Source: a virus. Taken from it: a stretch of DNA of 64,000 nucleotides. The stretch lies in the UHGV virus genome UHGV-0201879, one strand, 5' to 3'. The notes below the pieces were generated by a model. The model did not search any database. It was not told where the DNA came from and was given only the letters and a program-made list of their open reading frames with translations. This document shows, one piece after another, positions 37,904 through 45,183 of the stretch; positions within the stretch are counted from its first letter, which is position 1; each line of letters starts with the position of its first letter. The position numbers and the translations under genes were made by a program.

Positions 37904-39315
37904 TAAGCACCTCCTTCAGCCGCTGCTGGGTTAACAACGACATTTACTGCTTTAGAGTCTACGTTACCGTCAACTCCGATAACAGTTACTGAATAGCTAC
38001 CAGCATCTTCAGCAGCTACTGCATCTTTGGTGTATGTTGCTGCATTAGCACCTTCGATGTTGCTGCCACCCTTCTTCCACTGGTAACTCTTAGCACCTGT
38101 AGCAGTTACCGTCAGGGTAAGTTTTCCACCTACGGTAAGAGTCTGGTCTGTTGGCTGAGCAGTGATTGCTGGAAGCTCAAGAGGGTTTACAGTAACTTTC
38201 GCTGCATTTGAAAGCGTTGTACCATCTGGACCTACAGCCTTACACTGGTAAGAGCCACTATCGGCTTCTACAGCGCTTGCCTTAGTAAAGGTTGCAGCAT
38301 TTGCCCCTTCTACAGCTTTACCATCCTTCAACCATGAGTAGCTTGTAGCATGAGATGCTTCAGCGGTTAGGGTAATAGCTTTTCCAACTTTCGTCGTTAC
38401 CGCTTCTGGTTGCTTGGTAAACACTGGAGGTTGAAGAGCATTAACAGTCACCTTAGCTGCTGCTGAAAGCGTTTCGCCATCATCCCCTACAGCCTTACAC
38501 TGATAAGAACCACTATCACCAACTACAGCGTTTGCCTTGGTAAAGGTAGCCTTGTTAGCACCTTCAACGTTCACACCATCTTTCAGCCATTGGTAGCTAT
38601 CTGCATGGTTTGCTTCAACACTAACACTCACAGCTTGACCTTCTTTAACAGTCTGGCTAGTTGGCTGCTTAGTGATGACTGGCAGAGGGTTAACATTCAC
38701 AGTAACCGCATTAGATTCTACGCTGGTGTCAGCTTCACCCTGAACAACGCACTTATAAGAACCTGCGTCACTTGGTTTCACTGCATCTTTCACGTAGGTA
38801 GCTTCACTACCGTTACCCAACTCTTCTTCACCCTTCATCCACTGATATCCGATAGCATTGTCTGCTTCAAGAGATAGTGTCAGTGTTGCACCTTCGTTCA
38901 CAGTCTGTGAAGTTGGCTGCTTAGTTACTACTGGAGGCTTGATAGCGTCCTTCAGCTTAGCGTTTAGCATTGAGTAAGGTTTTACTCTTGCAAGCCACTC
39001 TGCATAAACGGTCACAACATCTTTACCTTGGTCGATAGCGTATTGCAGGTCCATGAAGAAGTCTGCTGTCACCATCTGAGCACCAACGCTGTACAGCATG
39101 TCTTCAGTGTATGGTACTTTGTAGTCTGGCTTGTACGTGAACATCTCTGGACTCTTCAGGGGAGCCATATCTGCTTCAGGCCAAGGAGAACTATAGGTCA
39201 GTGGTAAAATTGCGTTCTGGTAGGTTCTGAAGTCGTATCTGTCACCTGCCTTTACGCTTGCTACGAAACCCTTGATAAACTCTTTAAAGTCTGGGTAGCT
39301 TCTTGCTTTAATCAT
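37903..39315 (-). CDS. Ig-like domain virion protein (Hoc-like) with four I-set repeats
   Basis: repeated P.ITKQP...YQW.K.G...D.GSY.C motifs. Confidence 0.9.
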   Translation of the reverse strand: MIKARSYPDFKEFIKGFVASVKAGDRYDFRTYQNAILPLTYSSPWPEADMAPLKSPEMFTYKPDYKVPYTEDMLYSVGAQMVTADFFMDLQYAIDQGKDVVTVYAEWLARVKPYSMLNAKLKDAIKPPVVTKQPTSQTVNEGATLTLSLEADNAIGYQWMKGEEELGNGSEATYVKDAVKPSDAGSYKCVVQGEADTSVESNAVTVNVNPLPVITKQPTSQTVKEGQAVSVSVEANHADSYQWLKDGVNVEGANKATFTKANAVVGDSGSYQCKAVGDDGETLSAAAKVTVNALQPPVFTKQPEAVTTKVGKAITLTAEASHATSYSWLKDGKAVEGANAATFTKASAVEADSGSYQCKAVGPDGTTLSNAAKVTVNPLELPAITAQPTDQTLTVGGKLTLTVTATGAKSYQWKKGGSNIEGANAATYTKDAVAAEDAGSYSVTVIGVDGNVDSKAVNVVVNPAAAEGGA

Positions 39316-39356
39316 TAATACCTCATAAAAATAAAGGGACTTTTCAGTCCCCTATG

Positions 39357-39962
39357 TCAGATTTTAGTTCTAAGGATGTTTTTCAACTTCTTAAGGTTAA
39401 CTTCCTTATCAAAGTTGAAGCCATACTTATTTGTGTACTCAATAAACTTTGCCTTATCACTCAACCCTAATGCGTATTCCATGTTGAAACCTTCAACAGC
39501 TTCATCAACATCATCACCAGACGTGTCTAGTGCAGGACTCGATTCAAAGGAGATTTCATCACTTGATTCACTGCTTGAGGGGATTTTTGCTTTCAGGTTG
39601 CAGGTGTAGTTTGCTGGGTAGAAAGATGCAGTGTGCTCAACGTATTCGTAAGCATCTTTGGAGATTTGGTCACTGAACACAGCAAAGAATGTTTCCGCAT
39701 CGTGACATACGAGTTTGTAAACACCATCACCAAGAGCTACTAAGTTATAAACACCAGAACTGTTTACATAACTTTCTGCATCTCTTGCTACAGTAACCCT
39801 GAAAAAGTTACTAGAGAATGATTTACTTTTGAAACTCATTGGTACATAAAACATACCTCTTGAGCATTGTGTGACTAACTCTTTGAGTAGGTCATCTGAG
39901 TATAGTGTCGAGACTGCAATAGAGCCGTCACCATTGTAATTGTACATAACGTTATTCATCAT
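39357..39962 (-). CDS. hypothetical protein
   Basis: 201 aa ORF. Confidence 0.75.
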   Translation of the reverse strand: MMNNVMYNYNGDGSIAVSTLYSDDLLKELVTQCSRGMFYVPMSFKSKSFSSNFFRVTVARDAESYVNSSGVYNLVALGDGVYKLVCHDAETFFAVFSDQISKDAYEYVEHTASFYPANYTCNLKAKIPSSSESSDEISFESSPALDTSGDDVDEAVEGFNMEYALGLSDKAKFIEYTNKYGFNFDKEVNLKKLKNILRTKI

Positions 39963-40179
39963 ACGCGCCTCTTAGTTTTAAGATTTTGCTGCAATAGAGA
40001 AATGCTGAAAACTCTGAGCGTGAAACCATTAAGTGTTCCTCTGAGTCAGGTTGAGCACAAGCCCTTATGTAAAGTGATTTCAAAGTATCGAAGTGTTTGT
40101 TAGTGCAAGACCATTCACACATGCTAAATGCTGAGTGAACATTCAAGATATCTTCGATTTCTAATGTAGTAGTGCACAT
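39952..40179 (-). CDS. hypothetical protein
   Basis: 75 aa ORF. Confidence 0.65.
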   Translation of the reverse strand: MCTTTLEIEDILNVHSAFSMCEWSCTNKHFDTLKSLYIRACAQPDSEEHLMVSRSEFSAFLYCSKILKLRGAYDE

Positions 40180-40322
40180 AAACTTTCCTCTTCGTGTCTA
40201 TACCGTTGGAAGAACTGGTATAAACCTAATTCCGAGGCAGTGTAGTGTGTTTTCTCTACAAACTTATTCTCTTCTAAGGATTTGGTTTTATCACCATTCT
40301 TCAAGTCATTATTTTTTCTCAT
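40161..40322 (-). CDS. small hypothetical protein (53 aa)
   Basis: GGAG RBS before ATG 40322; minus-strand promoter TTGACT-17-TATTGT at 40366-40394. Confidence 0.6.
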   Translation of the reverse strand: MRKNNDLKNGDKTKSLEENKFVEKTHYTASELGLYQFFQRYRHEEESLCALLH

Positions 40323-40622
40323 TAAAGTCTCCTTCCCAAAGGAGAACCCTACAGCGTTATCTATGACAATACAAGAATGCCCGTGAAAAGTCAACAAAAA
40401 TAATTTTACAGAAAGTGTTGACAAAGGGCTTGACAACCTTTAAAGTCATAAAACACTTAATAGTTAACTTAAAAGGGTTCTTTAAAGACTTACTTAGTAT
40501 CTTTTTAAATAGAACATCTTTCTATGTTCTTTGTTTATACTTAAAGGATATTAAAAAGACTTAAAAGATATCTTATCAGAGTTAACTTTGAAGTTACTTA
40601 AAAAAACTACAAAGGAGGCTTA

Positions 40623-40994
40623 ATGGCTACTAAAGAAATCAAAGGCCGATTCAAAAAAGGTCAATCTGGTAATCCAAACGGAAGACCAAAAGGTTCACGT
40701 AACAAACGCTCTCTAGTCAAAGCACAGCTCACCATTGACAACACCTCTGAACATGCAGCAAAACTCTTCCTAGCCATCGTAACGAGAGATGCAGAAAAAC
40801 TTGCAGAGTTCGGACTAGACCCGAAGGATGTTAAAATCAAAGAGATGATTGAGGTCGGTAAGGCCATCATGTCTCAATCTGCTGGTGAAATGAAAGCTCT
40901 TGCTGCTGAAGAGAAGGTTATTCGCAATCCAAAAGACGAAGAACCTAGCAAACCTACTTTCTCATCTGTTGCGACACTTAAGAAAACTAGTTGA
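40623..40994 (+). CDS. putative terminase small subunit
   Basis: GRFKKGQSGNPNGRPKGS (DUF5681-type) N-terminus; GGAGG RBS. Confidence 0.7.
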   Translation: MATKEIKGRFKKGQSGNPNGRPKGSRNKRSLVKAQLTIDNTSEHAAKLFLAIVTRDAEKLAEFGLDPKDVKIKEMIEVGKAIMSQSAGEMKALAAEEKVIRNPKDEEPSKPTFSSVATLKKTS

Positions 40995-41019
40995 CAAGAT
41001 TTCAAAGTTGTTCTAAGTT
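40991..41019 (+). promoter_or_regulatory. sigma70 promoter of the TROVE/vWA gene
   Basis: TTGACA-17-TAAGTT. Confidence 0.75.
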
Positions 41020-41049
41020 ATCTCTACTAACAATTTTGGAGATTAGAAT

Positions 41050-42465
41050 ATGAGCAGAATTTTTGATAACGCACATTTGTATGCAAGCCACACCGAGAAT
41101 GGGGCTGTTAACCACTCATCCTCTGGTAGCGAATTAGTTGATTTATTTAAGCTGGCAGGTTCCAGCAGAAACCACCCAGAAGAACTCCCAGAGGCATTTG
41201 CTAATGCTGCAAAAGTGGATTTAGACGTTGCTGTTCGTATTCTGCTTCACATGCGAGATGCAAGAGAAGGAATGGGTGAGCGTAACGCTTTCCGTGTTGT
41301 CCTGAAGTCTGTCATTGACAATAAACTTCTGACTGACGACGAAGTTATGCGAATCGTTGTAAAGATTCCTGAGTTGGGCCGTTATGATGACTTGTTCATC
41401 CTGCTAGGCACTCGCTTCGAAACGGAAATGTTCCGAATCATTGAGAAGCACCTTGTCGATGAGTCAACAAGAGGTCTGGTTGGTAAGTGGCTCCCACGAG
41501 TTAAAAAGAAAAACAAAGCATTTACCAAGGCATTTTGTAAGTTCTTCAAACTCTCTGAGAAGGAATATCGTGGGCTTCTTCGTGTAACCTCCGATACTGT
41601 AGAGCAGAAGATTAGCTCTGGGAACTTCGAAGCGATTGACTACAGCAAAGTTCCTTCTCTTGCTGCTGCAAGACTACAGAGGGTTTTCTTAGAGAAGGAT
41701 GGTGAGCGTTATGCTGATTACGTCAATTCTCTGGCCTCTGGTAAGGCTAAAATCAATGCTGGTGCTGTTTACCCTTACGATGTACTTAAGTCTTCGTATC
41801 ATGGTGTTAGTGCTGTTGCAGAAGAGCAGTGGAAAGCACTACCTAACTACGTGACTGGTAATGAGAACATCCTGTGTATGTCTGACGTATCAGGTTCCAT
41901 GACTTGTGAAGTGTTTGGGTCCGTGAATGCACTTGATATTGGTTTGTCGCTTTCTCTGTATATTGCAGAGCGTAATAAGGGCATCTTCAAAGATTGTGTC
42001 CTGATTTACTCGACTGACCCATACTTGAAGAAACTTGAAGGAAACCTGTCAAGTCGTGTTGACCAGCTTATGCAGCATGTTGAGTATGGCTCAACAGATA
42101 TCCAAGCAGCGTTTAAGCGTATTCTTGATATCGCCAAAAAAGAGAACATCGCTCAAGATGAGATGCCTGAAAAGGTCATTATCTTCTCTGACATGGAGTT
42201 TAACTATGTAGAAGGTAATCGCGGTCAGACGAACTACGAAGCTATTGCAGAGCAGTTTAAAGATGCAGGTTACGAGATGCCTAAGATTATTTTCTGGTAT
42301 CTTGCAAGCCGTAGTAAGTCTTGTGAGGTTTCTGCAAAGGATGATAATGTCGCTATCGTTTCAGGGTTCTCTCCAGCAACTCTGAAGGCTGTTTTAGGGG
42401 GTGAGAAGTTTGACCCTGTAACAGTTATGATGAAGGCAGTCATGATTCCACGCTACGACTGGTAA
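41050..42465 (+). CDS. TROVE/Ro60-like helical domain + vWA protein (DUF2828-like)
   Basis: TENGA, RD.R.G.GER, GRYDDL, KWLPR, IDYSKVPS.A, QW..L, MIDAS DVSGSM, IFSDMEF, VSGFSP. Confidence 0.85.
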   Translation: MSRIFDNAHLYASHTENGAVNHSSSGSELVDLFKLAGSSRNHPEELPEAFANAAKVDLDVAVRILLHMRDAREGMGERNAFRVVLKSVIDNKLLTDDEVMRIVVKIPELGRYDDLFILLGTRFETEMFRIIEKHLVDESTRGLVGKWLPRVKKKNKAFTKAFCKFFKLSEKEYRGLLRVTSDTVEQKISSGNFEAIDYSKVPSLAAARLQRVFLEKDGERYADYVNSLASGKAKINAGAVYPYDVLKSSYHGVSAVAEEQWKALPNYVTGNENILCMSDVSGSMTCEVFGSVNALDIGLSLSLYIAERNKGIFKDCVLIYSTDPYLKKLEGNLSSRVDQLMQHVEYGSTDIQAAFKRILDIAKKENIAQDEMPEKVIIFSDMEFNYVEGNRGQTNYEAIAEQFKDAGYEMPKIIFWYLASRSKSCEVSAKDDNVAIVSGFSPATLKAVLGGEKFDPVTVMMKAVMIPRYDW

Positions 42466-42484
42466 TAAATTTTGAAAAAGGGTG

Positions 42485-42513
42485 TTGACAGGTTTGTCAG
42501 CATCCTTTAGTAT
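42485..42513 (+). promoter_or_regulatory. sigma70 promoter (tRNA array P1)
   Basis: TTGACA-17-TAGTAT. Confidence 0.8.
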
Positions 42514-42575
42514 TGAGTCATAGGGTTACGGAAGAGAGTCTTTCAAAATAATTTAAAAATTATCTTAAAAAACTC

Positions 42576-42605
42576 TTGACAAGTCGCTAAAAAGAGTGTT
42601 AAAGT
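42576..42605 (+). promoter_or_regulatory. sigma70 promoter (tRNA array P2)
   Basis: TTGACA-18-TAAAGT with AT-rich UP element. Confidence 0.7.
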
Positions 42606-42630
42606 TACTTTATAGCATTTGAAAAGTTAT

Positions 42631-42707
42631 CTGTGTTTAGCTTAGTTTGGTAGAGCACTCCGTTTGGGACGGAGAGGTCGTAGGTTCAACTCCTACAACA
42701 CAGACCA
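42631..42707 (+). tRNA. tRNA-Pro(TGG)
   Basis: cloverleaf, CTCCG-TTTGGGA-CGGAG, CCA. Confidence 0.92.
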
Positions 42708-42714
42708 AATTTAT

Positions 42715-42789
42715 GTCGTAGAAGGCAAAAGGTTAGCCACCTGCCCTTCAAGCAGTTGCTCGCGGGTTCGAATCCCGTCTACGACTCCA
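42715..42789 (+). tRNA. tRNA-Glu(TTC)
   Basis: CTGC-CCTTCAA-GCAG, GTTCGAATC, CCA. Confidence 0.88.
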
Positions 42790-42794
42790 GAATT

Positions 42795-42864
42795 TGACAG
42801 AAGACCAATTGCAGCAAATTATATATCTGACCTGTAATCGGAAACAAATCATTTGGTCTGGTCA
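42795..42864 (+). ncRNA. CAGAAGACC/CAGCAA motif RNA copy 1 (Y-RNA-like candidate)
   Basis: TGAC-AGA-AGACCAA-TTG-CAGCAA...TTGGTCT-G-GTCA. Confidence 0.75.
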
Positions 42865-42872
42865 TTAAGAAT

Positions 42873-42949
42873 TGCGGGTATAGAGAAAGGGTGTCTCACA
42901 TGCCTCATTAGCATGGTATCGGTAGGTTCGACTCCTACACCCGCCTCCA
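42873..42949 (+). tRNA. tRNA-Met(CAT), initiator-like
   Basis: CATGC-CTCATTA-GCATG; unpaired 1:72; CCA. Confidence 0.85.
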
Positions 42950-42952
42950 AAT

Positions 42953-43017
42953 TTGCAGAAGACCGTATTCAGCAACAAAACTACTTTTTGCGGATAAAAG
43001 ATAACACGGTCTGGCAA
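42953..43017 (+). ncRNA. CAGAAGACC/CAGCAA motif RNA copy 2
   Basis: TTGC-AGA-AGACCGT-ATT-CAGCAA...ACGGTCT-G-GCAA. Confidence 0.75.
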
Positions 43018-43025
43018 TGTATTAA

Positions 43026-43099
43026 GGTTAGGAAGCACATAAGGTATGTGCGGTCGCCTGTTAAGCGAATGGCACAGGGTTCGAATCCCTGACTAACCG
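43026..43099 (+). tRNA. tRNA-Asn(GTT)
   Basis: TCGC-CTGTTAA-GCGA; followed by CAA, not CCA. Confidence 0.88.
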
Positions 43100-43110
43100 C
43101 AAATTTAAAT

Positions 43111-43198
43111 GTGTCGTTATCCCGTAGATGGTAGCGGTGGGGACTGTAAATCCCTTGTCATTGAGACTCGGTAGGTTCGACTCCTACACGGCACACCA
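43111..43198 (+). tRNA. tRNA-Tyr(GTA)
   Basis: GGGGA-CTGTAAA-TCCCT, long variable arm, CCA. Confidence 0.92.
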
Positions 43199-43203
43199 AT
43201 AAA

Positions 43204-43280
43204 GGCTATGTAGTTTAACTGGAGAAAATACTCCCCTGTCACGGGAGACGATATGGGTTCAAGTCCCATTGTAGCCGCCA
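43204..43280 (+). tRNA. tRNA-Asp(GTC)
   Basis: CTCCC-CTGTCAC-GGGAG, GCCA. Confidence 0.92.
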
Positions 43281-43336
43281 ATTTAGGAAGGACTTTTTAG
43301 TCCCTCCATTAAAGGGTTCTTTCGAGAGTTCTTTAA

Positions 43337-43422
43337 TGGGGCAGAAGACCAAATACAGCAAACACTCAACAATGTATGAAGAAATTTAATCTATCTCCAT
43401 GTTAAGCGTTGGTCTGGTCCTA
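43337..43422 (+). ncRNA. CAGAAGACC/CAGCAA motif RNA copy 3
   Basis: TGGGGC-AGA-AGACCAA-ATA-CAGCAA...TTGGTCT-G-GTCCTA. Confidence 0.75.
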
Positions 43423-43425
43423 GTT

Positions 43426-43567
43426 ATTATTCTTGTAAGTAAGCTGTTGCTTATATGGGGAGTATGCGGCCCCTGAGCAGAGTAGGTCTAAATACTAGTA
43501 TACGTCCTGATATAATGCACCGCTACAGTCCTTAAGCAAGACTGGACAGCTTACCTACAAGAATAAT
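43426..43567 (+). ncRNA. structured RNA closed by 21/22-bp terminal stem
   Basis: 43426-43447 pairs with 43546-43567; internal hairpins. Confidence 0.65.
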
Positions 43568-43643
43568 GGAAGTGTAGCAGAATGGTGATGCGGCAGACTT
43601 TTAATCTGACAGGCGACGGGTTCGAATCCCTCCACTTCTACCA
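43568..43643 (+). tRNA. tRNA-Lys(TTT)
   Basis: CAGA-CTTTTAA-TCTG, CCA. Confidence 0.92.
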
Positions 43644-43721
43644 AATTCACCCTTAACTGAGAAACACCTGCGCGGCTGGAAACACCCACTCAATAGTTTC
43701 TCTACCAAGGGTACTTATTCT

Positions 43722-43798
43722 GGTTCAGTCGCAGATATGGTAATGCAAGGGTTTCATAAGCCCTATGAATGTGGGTTCGAATCCCATCTGAACCTCCA
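43722..43798 (+). tRNA. tRNA-Met or Ile2 (CAT)
   Basis: AGGGT-TTCATAA-GCCCT, CCA. Confidence 0.85.
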
Positions 43799-43800
43799 AT

Positions 43801-43876
43801 GCTGTGAAAGCACATATGGATGTGCATTCGGCTGATAACCGAAAGGAAGAAGGTTCGAATCCTTCTCACAGTACCA
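43801..43876 (+). tRNA. tRNA-Ile(GAT)
   Basis: TTCGG-CTGATAA-CCGAA, CCA. Confidence 0.92.
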
Positions 43877-43891
43877 ATTTCAATAAAGTTG

Positions 43892-43920
43892 TTGACAATG
43901 AGATGTGACCACTTTATAGT
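43892..43920 (+). promoter_or_regulatory. internal sigma70 promoter
   Basis: TTGACA-17-TATAGT, predicted +1 near 43926. Confidence 0.85.
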
Positions 43921-43925
43921 AACCT

Positions 43926-44085
43926 TAGTTTTCGTTAGCGTAGCGTCTATTTTGCAAATTTAAAATAAATGCAAACGATAATGTTTTTCTGGCAGTAGCT
44001 TAATAGGCTAAACACCAGTGAGGTCTTCCAACCCCTCATCAAAGAATTTGGCGTACTAGCCCACGGTATGATTAATAAAGTGGGC
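43926..44085 (+). ncRNA. tmRNA mRNA-like-domain RNA with antisense 5' arm, no tRNA-like domain
   Basis: AAATAAAT-GCA resume context, tag ANDNVFLAVA* (43971-44003), stop-codon hairpin, two pseudoknot-like elements. Confidence 0.75.
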
Positions 44086-44153
44086 AACATTCTAAAGGGT
44101 ATCCCGAATAGGGCTTGGCTTAAATGCACTAAAGTACCCTTCAGAATGTTAAT

Positions 44154-44228
44154 GCTCCGTTAGTCTAAAGGATAGGCATCTGTCTTCTAAACAGATTGAT
44201 ATAGGTTCGAGTCCTATACGGAGTACCA
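44154..44228 (+). tRNA. tRNA-Arg(TCT)
   Basis: TCTGT-CTTCTAA-ACAGA, CCA. Confidence 0.92.
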
Positions 44229-44340
44229 TATTTAGAGTGTCTCCAAATGGAGGTGGTCTTTATCTCATGTTTCCAGAACATGTAAATAATCTGAGTAGGG
44301 ACTTTGTAGTGTTGTGAAATACGACAAGTTCTGTTGAAGT

Positions 44341-44423
44341 ATGGGACGATGTTAAGACTCTAAGGCATGAGCAACGGCTTCCAACACCGTTTCAAAGGGG
44401 TTCGATTCCTCCGTCCCATGCCA
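44341..44423 (+). tRNA. atypical tRNA-like element, probably Trp(CCA)
   Basis: ATGGGACG/CGTCCCAT-GCCA acceptor, enlarged D arm, 9-nt loop CTTCCAACA, GGTTCGATTCC. Confidence 0.6.
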
Positions 44424-44436
44424 AAGTCTTATTAGG

Positions 44437-44524
44437 GGTAAGTAGCGGCTAATGGAAGCCAAACTGTCTTGAAAACAGTTGCCATTGTAGTGATACGGTG
44501 AGGGTTCGACTCCTTTACTTACCG
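44437..44524 (+). tRNA. tRNA-Ser(TGA)
   Basis: ACTGT-CTTGAAA-ACAGT, long arm; followed by CCT. Confidence 0.88.
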
Positions 44525-44778
44525 CCTAATAAGATTTACACCGTCATGCTTGCTCGCATTTTCGGTTTATCCCTCGTGTATTGTCGTACACAAGATGAAA
44601 CGCCTAGTAGGTGTCACGGAGAAGAGATGATATCAAGCTCTCCAAAGGTACTAGCCACCGGATTAAAGAAGGCTATGATTAAGACCTATTTAGGTCTTTG
44701 TAGATGGCTACGTAAATGGTTTAGTCTATTTCGGTCATTGTTGCTCACATACTGTGTAGCCATCTACAAAGGCTTAAT

Positions 44779-44855
44779 GCACCTATAGCCCAATTGGTAG
44801 AGGCACTAGACTTAGAATCTATGCAGTGTGAGTTCGAATCTCTCTAGGTGTACCA
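44779..44855 (+). tRNA. tRNA-Leu(TAG), short variable region
   Basis: TAGA-CTTAGAA-TCTA, CCA. Confidence 0.88.
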
Positions 44856-44862
44856 AATTAAT

Positions 44863-44938
44863 GCAGGTGTAGCAAAATGGTTATGCGGCTGACTCTTAAT
44901 CAGTAAGACGATGGGTTCAATTCCCTCCACCTGTACCA
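44863..44938 (+). tRNA. tRNA-Lys(CTT)
   Basis: GCTGA-CTCTTAA-TCAGT, CCA. Confidence 0.92.
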
Positions 44939-44943
44939 AATTC

Positions 44944-45019
44944 GGGGATGTAGTTTAAATGGTTAAAACATAAGTTTTGCAAACTTAAGTACAGGGTTCA
45001 ATTCCCTGCTTCTCCACCA
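44944..45019 (+). tRNA. tRNA-Ala(TGC)
   Basis: TAAGT-TTTGCAA-ACTTA, G3:U70, CCA. Confidence 0.92.
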
Positions 45020-45025
45020 ATCAGT

Positions 45026-45100
45026 GCATCCATAGTTTAAACGGGAAAATTACAGTCTTCCAAACTGAGGTTGAGGGTTCGATTCCCTCTGGATGCTCCA
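45026..45100 (+). tRNA. tRNA-Gly(TCC)
   Basis: CAGT-CTTCCAA-ACTG, TCCA. Confidence 0.92.
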
Positions 45101-45106
45101 AACAAT

Positions 45107-45183
45107 GCTGCTTTCGTATAATTGGCTATTACACATCCCTTGTAAGGATGGAAATGCGGGTTCGAGTCCTGTGAGCAGCACCA
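45107..45183 (+). tRNA. tRNA-Thr(TGT)
   Basis: CATCC-CTTGTAA-GGATG, CCA. Confidence 0.92.

Noticed and set aside
40323..40436. N-terminal extension of ORF 40161-40436
   Set aside because: Overlaps the divergent promoters; the RBS supports a start at 40322
42795..43422. Repeats as a CRISPR array
   Set aside because: Units are separated by tRNAs, the conserved parts are the two arms of one stem around a variable interior, and no cas genes are present
43926..44150. Complete canonical tmRNA (ssrA)
   Set aside because: No GGGG..-type 5' acceptor/D-loop and no T-arm-CCA 3' end with G3:U70 flanking the tag region
44341..44423. tRNA-Sec
   Set aside because: Long acceptor and D arms are suggestive, but there is no TCA anticodon or long variable arm
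43026..44527. tRNA-Asn and tRNA-Ser(TGA) as pseudogenes
   Set aside because: Cloverleaves are intact, and a missing encoded CCA can be added by the host enzyme
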